Below, one piece after another: positions 11,554-25,018 of a stretch of 64,000 nucleotides of DNA. The DNA comes from Asterias rubens (Eukaryota). Position 1 is the stretch's first letter; each line of letters begins with the position of its first letter. The notes under the pieces were generated by a model. That model was not told the DNA's origin and searched no databases. It worked only from the letters and a program-made list of their open reading frames with translations. The stretch is taken from positions 22,196,001-22,260,000 of the forward strand of contig NC_047063.1 of assembly GCF_902459465.1 (NCBI RefSeq), written 5' to 3'. A program made the position numbers and the translations under genes.

Positions 11554-14500
11554 CATTACAATAATTCTCCCTTTGATATTTAAATGAATATAAAACATTA
11601 AACTATATGCATAATTGCAGAATCCATCACTTTTTTAATCAAAATGAAACTTCTTGATGTCCATTAAAACCTTCAATTTAATTAACTATTTGGCAATAAA
11701 ACAAATTAATGAAATAAATAAAGCATTGCACATCCAAAAAAAATTGTGTATACATTTGTCGTCTTGTGTACTCCTTGGAATGAGGAAAATTAATTCATCC
11801 TTTCCAAGACAAAGGTCAAGTTTCTATGCTTCCAGTGCCCAATTTTATACAGCCTGTAAACACAAAAGCTTGACACAGCTCAATTCCAGAAACCAAAGTT
11901 GCCCTTAAAAGACACCGACTGGTGTGTACCTGGGAACTATCGATTTTTGAAAAATTTACATTTACCTCACATTTATCTCAAGATTTGTCTTTGTTAGTTA
12001 GATCAGAAAAAGCATTTTATTTTTGTAGAAAAACAATATTGCAACATCAGTTACAAGAAACCACATTCATAGAGCTACTTAAGCAGAAAATATTGCTTGA
12101 CACAATTCTGCTAAGCAGAAATGAGCAGGATGCAAGTCACAAATTTATGTAACATGGCAGTTTAGGTGTTTACCTTATATTCTGCTAAGCATAATTTTGT
12201 TGAGCTTAACTGCATTTTGTGCTTCAGCAGCTCTATGAAATTGGGCGCAGGGCTCAAATCCACAAGACTCAGGACTTACAGATGACAAGTTTTACAAAAC
12301 CAGAATCAAAATTAGTTGAACAAGCACTAAGCCAAATAAAATTAAAACCAGTTGATCGTCCCCTCCTTCATCCTTTTTAGAGGTAGCATCCTTTTTTCAC
12401 CTATTTTTGTTTTACCCTTTTTTTCAAAAGAAAAATTTTCTGTGTATTTCTTATTCAAACAAATCTTTGAAGAGCTTGTACATAAAGTGATGACTTTAAA
12501 CTAAAAAAGTGGTGGCCAGTTCAAAAAAATAACAAGGCCCTCATCTTAAAAATAAAACTTTAAAAAAAAACCTGGACAATCAACTTTTTTTTTTAAATTG
12601 CCCTAACAGATGATCTAACTTATCTAATAAGTAAGTATACTCCGATAATTAAGAAAATAGAAAGATATTTATCAGACTCGTAGTCAAACTCTTTTCGCAA
12701 AGTTGTTACACGACGAGGAAGCCTACTATTAATAAATTGAAAAAAAACACAAGACCACCGGCCCAGTCCAGTCATGAGTTTACTGGCCTGATGTTTAATT
12801 CACTAGCCTCAGGCCTGCGGCAGGCCAGTGTTAATTTCGAGCCCCGACTACTCATTATATAGGATACCAACTGGCCTCTTGTCATCTGGGCAAGCTTGTC
12901 AGTATGGTCCAATAGTAAGCCATCTGGGCTCAATCTCATGGCTCTGCTTACTGCTGAGTTCTGTGCTTATGGTCACCATTCTGTAAGCGCCGATTCTTTG
13001 CCCCAGCTGTGTAGGCAAAGAATTCCTTGTGAAGCATGAATCGGAGTATGGATGCACACAAGCAAAAATTCCCTGCTAACCGGTGAAACACGCTTGACAT
13101 TTAAGCAAAGCATTTCTTGCTTCCGCAAGTGCTGATTATTTGCTTACACGGTAAGCAGAACCATGAAATTGGGCCCTACTCTTGAATGACGGGAGTCGAG
13201 GGTAAGACTACAACCGGGTAAGCTGCCCGTGTTTTCCCCCCACATGATTCGAGAGAGCACTGAAGATAAAGTGCTGATAACATTGGTGTAAGGTAAATCA
13301 AAAATAACATAAACACAAATATTGCCACATCCCTTCTGACAGAGACATGTATTAAAACTTAATGGCAAGATATTTAAGATTGGTATACTTTTCAAATAAC
13401 AGCAGCAGAGAATTTGCATTTCTTTGCATTTTTGCAAAACACTGAAACAAAAAATGAATTTTTTGTTCAACCTTTCCGACAGGTATAGGAATTTTTTTTT
13501 ACAATAAAAAACTGTTTTGCAATAAATTCGTGCAAATATTGTTATCAGTTTGCTATTTTTATTTTGTCTCGCCCCCAAAAATAGTTTTGCATCATTCCAA
13601 ACAGAATTGTTAATTTATCAAGGTTCCATTGAAAAAAAGTTGAACTGAAGTATTTGTTAGTCACTTTTCAAAATTACTTGTAAATATTTTATAGTTAACT
13701 ATATTATACTGTACATATCTCTTTTTTAATCTAAGGGTATAGTGCACGTTATTATAAAATATATGAATACAAAATATATTTCATCTATTGTTATGTTTCT
13801 AATTTTAACACTCAGTTTTCTATTCTAAAAAATGATGGATTAACTTTTAGTTGTCATGATGGCTGAAAAATGAAAAAATATTTCCTTTCTGTGTGCGACA
13901 TTTGTCTCAGCTTGAACACTCAAACACAACTTTAACCAAAATTGTGTTCAGGCATTCTCCAAAAATGCTAACTTTGTTTTGGTTTTCCCCACAAGCCAAT
14001 ATGGTGGCCCGCTGGCTTGTGACCAATAAAAATAACTTCAGGCCACCAAATACACCAAAAACGATAGACCGGCCAGATAGTGGTCTAGACTGCCCTCAAA
14101 ATATTACAGTAGGGCCACAAAAGTTTCTGGCGAGCAAGTAATGTGTATTTTACCCTGGTCCTGCCGTCTACGAAGCACTTAAAAAACTACACAGTAGTAA
14201 ACTTGCGAGTACAACCATGTACATGTACAATATCTCTTTTGAGGGAGAGTTGGCTCGGAAAAGAGCCATTGTGGTCTTGACGTTTCAAACAGTATACTCT
14301 GCTCGTCATCAGGAAAATAACATGAATGTTCCAGCAAGTTTACTATTCAGTATTTATAGTTACTTCCTACTCTTCACACCATGTTCCAAATGCCGTTTAG
14401 CTCTTAAAGTTAATATTCAACGATTTCTTCACCTTCTCACAAAAGTACAGTAGCACACATTAAAAATGTTGCTTTGTTCATCAATTTCTGCAAAAGAAGT

Positions 14501-14624
14501 TTTGAAACATTCTTACAACTGAGAGTGATGTAGTTAGTGCAACACTATACGTCTAACTTTTTCCTGTTTTGTTGTCCTAATCTTATTTAGGGGTTGGGGT
14601 TTCTAAATTTCACTTGTTGTGATC

Positions 14625-17600
14625 TTATGATGTTTCTTCAAGTTTCCTTTTAGCTCCTCCATCGATCTGGGGATCATCTCCTACCAAATCCACTTGACCT
14701 TTGACCTCTATCTGATCAGTGACCTTCGATGACTCATTTTGGAGTTCAACTTCAGAACTGCCACCCTGTTGGGCATCTGCGTTAGACTCAGTTTTGACAT
14801 CTGAACTTTGATCTTTGACCTCTGCAGAGTGCAATGAGGGTACGCTATTAGTTCCATCTGATGTCATTCCCTCTGAATGTTGGGCTTGGTTTTCAATATT
14901 GTCCGTTTCCGAAGACCCAGCGGCCTTCAAGATGCTTTCACTTTGCGGTGCATCTACAGGTGTCCCACTGCCCTCTGATTTGATACCCATCTCAAAGTAC
15001 CTATAACAGATACGGACAACTTATGGTTAACAGTTGAATAATGACATCTCCCTGTTTGAAATACATGACCTGGTGGCGATTTCAAAACAGAGCTTGGATT
15101 GATCTTAAAGCCATTGGACCCTTTCGGTACAGAAAAAAACAAAGAAAGTTCACAGATTTACACATAATTTACAGGGTTTACAGAATGTAATGGTGAAAGG
15201 CTTCTCTTGAAATATTAGTCCATGAAATGCTTTACTTTTGGAGAAAACGGTAAAACAATATAAATTCTCGTTAGCGAGAATTACGGATTTATTTTAAACA
15301 CATGTCATGACACGGCGAAACGCGCGGAAACAAGAGTGGGTTTTCCCTTTTTTTCTCCCGACTCCGATGACCGATTGAGCCTAAATTTTCACAGGTTTGT
15401 TGTTTTATATATAAGTTGTGATACACGAAGTGTGGGACTTGGACAATACTGTTAACCGAAAGTGTATAATGGCTTTAACTGAAAATCGATCTTGAATACA
15501 AAGCAAAGCGTGAAGACAACTCATTGTAAAGATGAAATTAAGTGCTTTGTGAAATTGAGCCTAACAATAGACCACGTCCAAATAGATGGATGCAATACGC
15601 GTCATTGGCCACCATATTTGATGAATTGTGCATGCGTGAAGAGCTACCATTGGCTAAGAGTCACGCGTAGCGCGTACATACGTGCACTTTTCCATTGTTT
15701 TATATAAAAGATGGAGGTCGATGAAGCGTACTGCAACCCATCTATAGAGCATGTGATCTCATTTGAGTAGGGCGCCCTCAACCAGAGGTCAAAAGAAGGT
15801 TGCTCATTGGCCTGTCCTGTAGTTTCAATTCGTTTGTCAAACCACTGGACAATATCATCAACAGTAGGGGGTTTAATTATTTCTTCATCGCGTCCCTGTC
15901 AACAGTTTCCCTCTTGAGGCATTCACTTATATTTACCCTAGACGCATCGGGATATCTCTTACCTGACGAGTATGTCATCCAGCCATTTCTTGTGGGTCAG
16001 TTCATTTCTCCAGGTGGGGGGAATCTTCTTGTACCCGAGCTTGCATCCGAGCAAAGCGCCCGCAACAGCCCCATTTGTGTCGGCATCACCTCCCTAGACA
16101 ACAGGTTCAAACAAATGTAAATGGGACTTATGGTAATAGTTGTTTATTAAAGGCAGTGGACACTATTGGTAATTACTCAAAATAATTATTAGCATAAAAC
16201 CTTTCTTGATTACAAGTAATGGGGAGAGGTTGATAGAATAAAACATTGTGAGAAACGGCTCCCTCTGAAGTGACGTAGTTTTCGAAAAAGAAGTAATTTT
16301 ACACAAATTTGATTTCGAGACCTCAAGTTTAAAACTTGAGGTCTCGAAATCAAGCATCTGAAAGCACACAACTTCGTGTGACAAGGGTGTTTTTTCTTTC
16401 ATTACTATCTCGCAACTTCGACGACCGATTGGGCTGAAATTTTCACAGGTTTGTTATTTTATGCATATGTTGAGATACACCAACTCTGAAGACTAGTCTT
16501 TGACAATTACCAATAGTGTCCACTGCCTTTAAGCACTTTTAGAATATTGTAGCAACGTGTCTTATAATATTAAGTAGGCTTGCGGTAGCCCCATATGTAA
16601 ATGAATTTTGAGTAGTGTTGGTTCTAAAAATGTACCAGTGGTTGACAATTAAACGTTTCGATCAGTCTTCTCCCTGAAGATGATCGGAGCATACTGACCA
16701 AAACATTGAGTCAACAACCATCAGACTAAAATAAGGAAAAAACACCATACTTGCACTTTGACAACTAGATTTAGGAAGGGCTCATAAAACATTCAGGAAA
16801 ACATTCAGATGAATAATTACCTCCAATGTTATAGCCTCGATGGCGTCCCTAAAGTTTTTCTGTCTCAAGGCCCAGAATCCTGCGCCAAGACATTTGAAGG
16901 TATACCCAATTCTCTGTCTGTCGTCCAGCTTCAGTTCTGGAAGTGATGCGTTCATATGAAACTTCAACTCCTCAACCTATTTAATAATAATAATTTATAA
17001 TAATAATAATAATTGATTTGTATATAGTGATTTGAATATATCTTCGATCTTGTGTTTGTACCGCAAAATTCAAGTCTCTTCTCAAAACTTATCTTATGTC
17101 ACAGGTTTTCAATGACTTATTTTGTTGTGTCTGTTTTTCTTTGTGTTGTGTTTTGTTTTGGTTTTACTGCGCCTTGAACACCCAGCAGGGTGGATATGTG
17201 CGCATTACAAGTCTTCTTCTTATTATTATTATTATTATTAGTGCTTTCTCAAATTGCTTCAAACATAATTAACCCTGGTCACTGGGCCATTTAATTAGTT
17301 CCTTAAACCATCTCGGCTCCCTGGGGAGTATACAGCCTATGCAACAAATATGCGCTAAGCTAAATCAGTCACAAGAACCATCTCTGCCCTCACAGGTACC
17401 CATTTACCCCTTAGAGAGAGACAATTTTAGTCAAGTGTCTTGCCAGGGACACAAGTGTCACAACCGAGACTCGAACCCACACTCTGCTGAACAGAAACAC
17501 CAGAGCTTGAGTTTTGTGCTAAGACAATAAAATTGTGTTCTTATATTAGTTCAAGTCTCTTCAAGTCTTTCGTTTTGATTCTGGCCCGGTAAATCAAATC

Positions 17601-20600
17601 CCGGTCCATTAAATAGTCTGAGCTACAAGTCCGGCAGTCTTGGAACATTTTCCACCAAAATTCAAGCCTTGTAATGACCCTTGACCCTCTCCAATGCTTA
17701 CCTGCCTTTCTTTCAAATTTCCCTCATCGTCCCTCAACAGACACTCCTTGGCGTAATCAAACGCTGCCTCAATGAGACTATCCACCTTGTAACTGCCGTT
17801 GGACTTCCTATGCATCCCCTGCAGCATCATCGCAATGGCTGTTGTTACGGCAACGCACGATGCAACACACCTGAAGAGGTCCAATAAAAGTTTAAATATA
17901 ACTAATGACTAAATCATTCTGATAAAAAAACCTCTTAAAGGGACTTGAACTGTAACCCCAATGAAAATAATCTGTCTTTGAGTTTGATTTGGGTTTAAAG
18001 AAAGAAAAGTTTACTAGAGCGGGAGTTGAACCAACGACCTCCAGATTAAAGTGCCAGCGCTCTACCAGCTGAGCTATCTAGCCATATGTTCAGAAGAGGA
18101 ATACCCACATAGTTAGAGATGGGACTGAACACTCAATAAAATGCTTTCTGATCAGAGGCAGAATGTAACAAGTCTCATGTTGTATAATGCATGTAAAAGA
18201 ACCCACTACTAATCACCAAGCTTCTTGGCTAGGTCTCAATAGGGAACTTAGAATTGTTTTGATTTAGTAACCGTATTTTTTTTATTTTATTATTTTTTTT
18301 TTTGGGGGGGGGGGAGTATTGGAGTATAAACAACTTATTTACAGAGTTCCCTGGTGCTCATTTGTGGAAGAATTTCAAGAGCAAAGACAAAACAAAAAAG
18401 GTAACATGAAATAACTCCATAGATTAATTCTAAAGACTAGGGCGCTCCACAAGGAAGTTTGTGTACAAAGTATATGGGAAACTGTTATGTGCAGGGACAA
18501 AGGAGAGAACATAAAATGCTCTATAAGGATGCAGTTTGAGAACATCAAGAGTTTTAGAGAAATAGAAACGTTTACCTTGGGTCTGCATGTGTGACTTTAC
18601 AGAAGACTTTAGTGTTGCTGATGACTTGCTGAATGTCATCAAATCGATGAACTCCAGCGATGGACGTCCTCATCACACCCCCATTAGGCGCCACAAATCT
18701 ACTACCCATCTCCCATACCGTCTCAGCAACCTGACATTAAGACACAAACACAATAGAGATGCAGTATAATAGTAATAATAAGCCACTCTTATATAAAGCG
18801 TATTACACACGGAGTCCCAATGCGCTGTACAAAGTGAATTGAGAACAAACAAACAAAAATTAGTCAGAGTTTTGAGAAGGAGTTTAAATTGATCCAGAGA
18901 TGGGCATCTTATGTTATGAAGAAGAACCGGTATGTGGAATAAAGCTGTTGGAAAGGCTCTTTGTTCTACATCTCTGCAAATCAAGAAGTATGGGTAAGAA
19001 GAAGCAGAAAGTCTGGTTTCACGCTCAAACATTTTGACAGGAGGACATACAGTCCCAACCAAAATGCTTGGGCCACCCACTCCTAACGTTACATAAAACC
19101 ATTCCCTGTACACTTCCAACTGACAACATTAAAAATCATTCTCTCCCCCGATCCCCATTCCCCCCACCCCCCCCCCCCCTCATTGCTGACTGTAACGCAG
19201 GAGACTGTCAACCAGAACCAACATTGAAAGGGGGCAGGGGAGCCCAACGAGATATGGCCGGGATTGTAGGTCGGACACACTGGTGGCACATTTACCATGA
19301 AAGTATCTGTAGAAACACAGAATCTTTTACACTACAGACCTACGGTTCAGTGGGAAAGAGGCTGTAATGTATGATTAGTGTGACACTCTTAAAGTATGAT
19401 CAGTATGATTAGTTTTAAGGAATATTACAGAATTGGTTTTGCTAGCAAAAAAGTTGCTGGCAGTGTAAGCACTTTATGTAATCCACCATATACATAAACT
19501 GACAAACCTGTAGAAGTTCGCGATCGATTGGCCATGGGTCACGAGAGAATAGTGAAATCGCGATTACAAATTTTGCATGGCGGCATCGATGACAAAACAA
19601 AAATGAATAAAATGCAAACTCCAAAGGCCAAATTAGATTATTTATTTCTCATCAAATATGAAATTTCCGACAGAATTATTCAAGGGATGTTTTCTACTAT
19701 CATATCTGTGATCTTCACGATTTGTTTCTTACCAATTCTGTAAGGTTCCTTTAATGATGAGTTTAATAGTGCAACCCTCCATTCCAACAGAATCAAACAA
19801 ATTGTGCACGTGGAAGATTGCTTCTCCATATTTATATGATCTGCCGCCTGCAAGTGAGTGCACAGACTGTACCTTATGTGGATCTGTTTTGAAGTTGTCG
19901 CTACGTAAGACCTGGCCTGTGGTCCTTCCTAGACCCATCCCACAGGTGTCTCCAAGCTCTGCAAAACCGCTACACCGCCAAGTTACAAGCTTCTCAGCAA
20001 AATCAGTTGCAACTGCCTGTAAGAAACAGCAACTATTGTTGTACTTTGACAATGATGACATTTTTCGGAAAATATCTTTTTTTTAAAATGAGAAATCGGT
20101 TAACATCACAAGGCCGGACGGCCACTTCATGGTGAGGGATGCAGTTACCTGATTGGTTGCTTTGGGCTGTAAAATGCGGCTGTTATGAATGGCTATGGTT
20201 GAAAAGACATTTCAAAAGTAGAATTAGATTCACGTTAATATCCCTTGAAATTGTTCACTTTTTGTATATGACAGAACCCGGTCTGCTATTTTGCAGAACA
20301 AACTTTTTGACCCAAAAATATGGAAGACTGTACGTTCTGCTGATTGTATAGTTTCCAGAGGCAAAGTTATGTTTTTTTACAAGCAACAATTTGAGTAAAT
20401 TCATCTTTGATTTTATAACCAGTAATATGACAAAGCAATTATTTAAAAAAAGTACCTGTCCATCGTTCTCCATCAGTGATTGGAGGATTAAGATCATCTG
20501 ATCGCTGTCATCTGTCCAATCAGCTTCCGGGAAGACCATTTGATGAAAGAATTTTTCTGCTGTTATGGCTTTCATGGAGTATTCCAGATGCTTGCCACTG

Positions 20601-21338
20601 TAATACTGCCAAATAACAGAGAAGGGTTGTTGTCAGTATACATTTTAGTTTTATAATGTAAAATAATTTTTAACTCACCCTGTTCTATTATATTAAAAGC
20701 TGAGAGCGTCTCAAGCTGAACCACTCAGAAGAGTAATTTTCACATGGTGCTACTGCAAACCTCACCTAACTATACTCCCACTATGCAAAGTTTCAAATCC
20801 AACTTATAAATTTGTTATAACATGACCACAATAAAATTCGGATGTAGTGACCAGGCGTCGCCTTAACTGGTTTGGCCATGTTATCAGAATGCCAGACTAC
20901 AGGCTACCCAATCTGGTCTACTTACTCTACTACAATGACTTTCACACTCCACGCCAACGAGGACGCCCACCATTGCGCTGGAAGGCTCAAGTACGGGAAG
21001 ATGACATTATTACACTTCATGATGCAGAGCAAATAGCTATGAATAGACTTGAATTATGGGGAATATTTTCCAAGGAGGCCAAGGGACACCCAGTCCTACT
21101 CAGCTAAGACAGTAAGTAAGTATATTATATAATAGCTTACTTTACAAGCTTGTTCTTTGTTGAGGAACTCTGTCATAAGACCAATGGCGTCCCCGATGCA
21201 GTTGCCATAGATCGTCCCCAGAATCTGGTCCTGTAGAATGTTGCTTGGGTCGACAATCAGCGTTAGTTTATCATCGTTACTTTTGTCTCTCCCCCACGTC
21301 GAGACTTTCCCTCTGAGATATGATTGTGCTTTACCCAT
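14625..21338 (-). CDS. ADP-ribosylglycohydrolase (ARH/DraG-fold) family protein, 492 aa, with acidic disordered C-terminal tail
   Basis: Join (minus): 21338-21141, 20605-20456, 20016-19873, 18730-18576, 17870-17702, 16976-16821, 16093-15963, 15000-14625. GT-AG, phases agree, 1479 nt. In-frame stops just upstream of the ATG. Family motifs: GNCIGDAIG, WTDDSDQM, NGGVMR, THADPRC, GGDADTNGAVAGALLG. Confidence 0.9.
15105..15478. mobile_element. TTAA-flanked MITE (family K4)
   Basis: TTAA|AGCCATTGGACCCTTTCGGT ... ACCGAAAGTGTATAATGGCT|TTAA. Confidence 0.75.
16147..16532 (+). mobile_element. ~385-bp TTAA-flanked MITE, family K1 (Kolobok-like), complete copy
   Basis: TTAA|AGGCAGTGGACACTATTGGTAATT...AATTACCAATAGTGTCCACTGCCT|TTAA. 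Other copies: 3394-3735, 23427-23774(-), 23921-24306, 25668-25950, 27474-27812(-), 33426-33804, 40737-41112, 42078-42435, 42440-42823(-), 48401-48769, 57098-57325, 59004-59336(-). Confidence 0.85.
17268..17527 (-). mobile_element. tRNA-headed SINE with CORE(MIR)-like domain (multi-copy)
   Basis: GTGTCTTGCTCAAGGACACAAGTG resembles the MIR core. Other copies at ~2175-2290, 32555-32735, 45691-45812, 45848-46260, 61575-62100, 62130-62320. Confidence 0.65.
18012..18083 (-). mobile_element. tRNA-derived SINE head (tRNA-Asn-like pseudo-tRNA); relatives at ~51181-51375 and ~58544-58630
   Basis: GGCTAGATAGCTCAGCTGGTAGAGC..GGTTCAACTCC: A and B boxes present, anticodon stem cannot pair. Confidence 0.7.
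19415..19754. mobile_element. TTAA-flanked MITE (family K5); second copy at 44583-44965
   Basis: TTAA|GGAATATTACAGAATTGG ... CCAATTCTGTAAGGTTCCT|TTAA; internal sequence shared with 44583-44965. Confidence 0.75.
20845..21121 (+). mobile_element. 3' end of an RTE-clade LINE, antisense in ARH intron 1
   Basis: RRRLNWFGHVIRMPDYRLP..RQRGRPPLRWK is the typical post-RT C-terminus of RTE elements; short (TAAG)n tail. Confidence 0.75.
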
Positions 21339-23920
21339 AATGGTTCAGCACTAATCATGCTTTCAAAATAAACAAATAAAAGTAATAAGGTTCTTGTTGT
21401 TGTGACTAGACCTTATGCACATGACGTCATTTCAGTACGGCACCCCCACATTGAGGTCAAAAGGAGGTTGTTCATTGGCCAATCTATGTGCGTTTTGATT
21501 GTTTCGTCACCGTTTAACCTCAAAGATGCCGGCTGGATGACGTCAATGCATAAGGTCTATAAGTTACCCACTTAACAGGGTTCACATTTAATTGTTTCTG
21601 TGACTAGCTGGGTGGGAGGCTAGTTGAGTTAGCATGTCATTTGATTGACTAGTCCGCCAGTTTTTATCCACTGATCCATGCTTGACAACTGTTTTATAAA
21701 TTTATAGTTCCCTTTCATTTCATTTTCAACAAAATTGGGCAAATGTAACGATTGGTCACTTGGTGTTTTATAAAATAGTACTAGTAGGGGGCACTCAAGA
21801 AACAAACAGATGGAATAACCATGGAGGAAGAATGGACTAGAACTGGCCAGATTCAACTTGCCCCACTGGAAAAGTTTTGGTATCATGCAACCACTTTTTC
21901 ATTCGATATGAAACAACATAGTTATCTATAATTTACCTCAATGAGATATGAATCTTTATGATTCCTTTTTGTAAAAATGAGAGAAAAAGTGGTGGCATGA
22001 TACGGAAAGTTATCTTGCCCCCCCCCCCTTGGCCCAGTACCCCTTCCCCCAAAATATTGCTTTTCTAATTTTTTGTTTCATGATGATGAATGAATGATGA
22101 ATGAATTATTATGAATCTTCAGTTCAGAATCTTCAGAAATTATACTGCATGAAAACGCCTTGGAACTTCAAATTGAAGGCTTTCTAAAATCTAAACACAC
22201 AGTATGAATGTGTCAAAAGTAACAGTTCGTTCACCTGCTGAGAGGATTATATTCATGAGGTCCATTATAATGGAATAACGGAGCCAACGTAATTTGTAAA
22301 TAAACGGCATTCCATAAAAAACACAATTCCAAAAAGAGCACACCAACCTGTTCCGACACGAAAATTGCGTTTAGTAGACTCTCCCTTCAGCAGTATGTTC
22401 CGAACATCACCACTACACTAGTTGTAGTGCACTAGTACCTAGTGTAGTAGTAGACAACTATTTTTCGCAAGCCCAGCTTGATACATAGTGCAACCATTGT
22501 GCAACCACCTCTCCTTTTAAAACAAGCTGCTCACGGAAATCCTGATGAGTAGGACTAAATAGTGTATAGGTGCCAAAAATAGCACAATGATGTATTTTGT
22601 AGCAGCTTATCTGTTTGACCTTGATACGGTCGAACGCTTTTAGATTCGGGTTGTAACTTGCATGCTCTCCTCTGTAGCGCTGTGTTGTTTTGGGTGTGGG
22701 TGTTCTGTGGTGTGGGAACAGGGCGCCCTCTTCAGTCAAATTACCCCTTTAAATAATTTGTTGCTGATGAAATGCTCAGTTTGGGTCATGACTCAAACAG
22801 TAATGAATGGGAAAGAAAAGGGTGCGGGGGGGGGGGGAGAACAAACAAAATAAGTCTCATAAGTGAAGTCTCATAAGGCCCCATAGGTGAACTTAACCAA
22901 TGTAAAACTCCAACTAGCCACGAGGAAAGCTCGACTCCTTTGTACTGAAAAGAACCCAGAGTACTTATTGTGAACACAGAAGAAGGCATTAATGACCTTT
23001 CCTCCTGAAAAATTAAATTTCAGGCCTTAGACACTGAAACTAGCTTCTAAAACAAAACTTATATGATATATTTAGTAAATGCTCACTCATTATAAAGAGT
23101 GTATGTAAGAATAAAACCGTGTACCTCTTGCCGTCTTGAGGCCACACTTCTACTTCTACTTGGATACCTGGTAGGGTCAATAAGACAGGACAAAAAGCCA
23201 AGGGAATGATCACTCCAAAATAGAAGGAATGGCCACAAAATATTGAATCAGACAGCAACTAACAATCATTTTCTGTTAAAACTGTAAGATATATTTTATT
23301 TTACAAAACTTTACACTTGGCACAATAATAGAAAAAAAAGTACATGAACATAATATTAACAAAATGGCTACACACCTATAACCAGACATCACTATGTTCC
23401 GAAACCCCTAGTGTATTTTCATAATCTTAAAGACATTTGGTAATTGTCAAACATCCGTCTTCTCACTTGGTGTATCTCAACATACGCACAAAATAACAAA
23501 CCTGTGGAAATTTGAGCTCAATTGGTCGTTGAAATTGTGAGATAATAATGGAAGAAAAAACACCCTTGTCAGACGAAGTTGTGTGCTTTCAGATCTAGAA
23601 GTCTTTTATTATTTTAGTGAGAAATCACCTCTTTCTCAAAGACTACGTTACTTCAGAGGGAGTCGTTTCCCACAATGTTTTATACTATCAACAGCTCTCC
23701 AATGCTCGTTACCAAGTCAGTTTTTAAGTTACTATTTGTTTTGAGTAATAACCAAACGTGTACCTTCCCTTTAACCCAAACCTGAGCCCTAACGTGTAGA
23801 TCATCAGTTTTTTTCACCGGAACATAGAGTTGTCGGAACATAGAGTTGTCGGAACATAGAGTTGTCCGATTATAGAGGAGTCACCAACAAAATAAAGGTG
23901 TTCTTCTTTTGCTACAGGGT

Positions 23921-24306
23921 TTAAAGGCAGTGGACACTATTGGTAATTACTCAAAATAATTATTGGCATAAAACCTTACTTGGTGACAAGTTATGGGGAG
24001 AGGTTGATGGTATAACAAATTGGGAGAAACGGCTCCCTCTAAAGTGCCATTGTTTTAGAGAAAGACGTAATATTCCACGAATTTGATTTCGAGACCTCAG
24101 ATTTAGAACTTGAGGTCTCGAAATCAACCATCTAAACGCACACAACTTCGTGTGACAAGGGTGTTTTTTCTTTCATTATTATCTCGCAAGTTCGATGACC
24201 GATTTAGCTCAAATTTTCACAGGTTTGTCATGTAATGCTTATGTTGAGATACACCAACTGTGAAGGCTAGTCTTTGACAATTACCAATAGTGTCCACTGC
24301 CTTTAA
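23921..24306 (+). mobile_element. K1 MITE, complete copy
   Basis: TTAA at both ends, intact TIRs. Confidence 0.85.
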
Positions 24307-25018
24307 GGCCAGAATTGGTCGAATTGCTCCACGCAGAATACGCACACGCTCATTCAACCAATGGAATGCGTTCTCTTTGTGTCGTTATCGTTCTCGTTAT
24401 CACTGCAGTGGGACCGGGCCTTAAGTCTCAATTAACCATACGAAAAAAGAAAAAAAAGGATAACTAAATGAAAATCCACAGCCTTCTCATGAAATACATT
24501 CATGCATTCGTACAGGCCCAATGGTCAGAAATGCCACAAAGTTGTACAAAAAGTGTTTGCTTGCCATCACTATCAGCCCCATACAAAAAAAGCCTGACGT
24601 TCCCCTATTCCCCTACCTGTACACACACTTGTATATTTCATTAGAAAGGTTTATTAACTTCTCCCAGGATAGTTTGCGCAAAACCATAACTTTCTATGAT
24701 AAAAAATTGATCCACAGTTTTTTTGTTCCTAAGATAGGGTTAGGGCAAAATGGCCCATAACAAACAAGTTAATCATAATTGTCTTTACCCCAATGCGACT
24801 TTATAATCAGCCTTTAATGTTTTCCCATGGCATAACTAAAGCAAAACCTTTCAACCAACAAAAGAAAAAGTAGAATACTTATTTCTGATTCCTGCCCAAA
24901 ATATATGCTCATCTCATATCAAATATTGCTACAGAGCTCAAAGGCCATAACTTGAAGACAACAAAATGCTAACGGGCCTCAAAATAACCCACGGCACCCA
25001 CATCAATAGACCGATCCA

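Noticed and set aside
14954-15142. ORF MFFSVPKGSNGF as an extra ARH exon
   Set aside because: It begins inside the K4 MITE end; the phase-correct acceptor for the last exon is at 15001/15000.
16163-16402. Recurrent ORFs of the type [12 protein letters not shown] (also 3468, 23960, 25614, 42544, 48443, 59155)
   Set aside because: Chance ORFs inside K1 MITE copies; no transposase motifs.
18012-18083. Functional tRNA gene
   Set aside because: The anticodon stem cannot pair and degenerate relatives occur elsewhere in the window, so it is treated as a SINE head.
14625-21338. Selenoprotein J (an ARH-fold selenoprotein)
   Set aside because: No in-frame TGA in the assembled CDS and no SECIS recognised.
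22346-22460. Candidate non-coding first exon of the ARH gene
   Set aside because: Only a weak donor (CAG|GTTGGT) and CpG-richer context; not enough to list as a feature.
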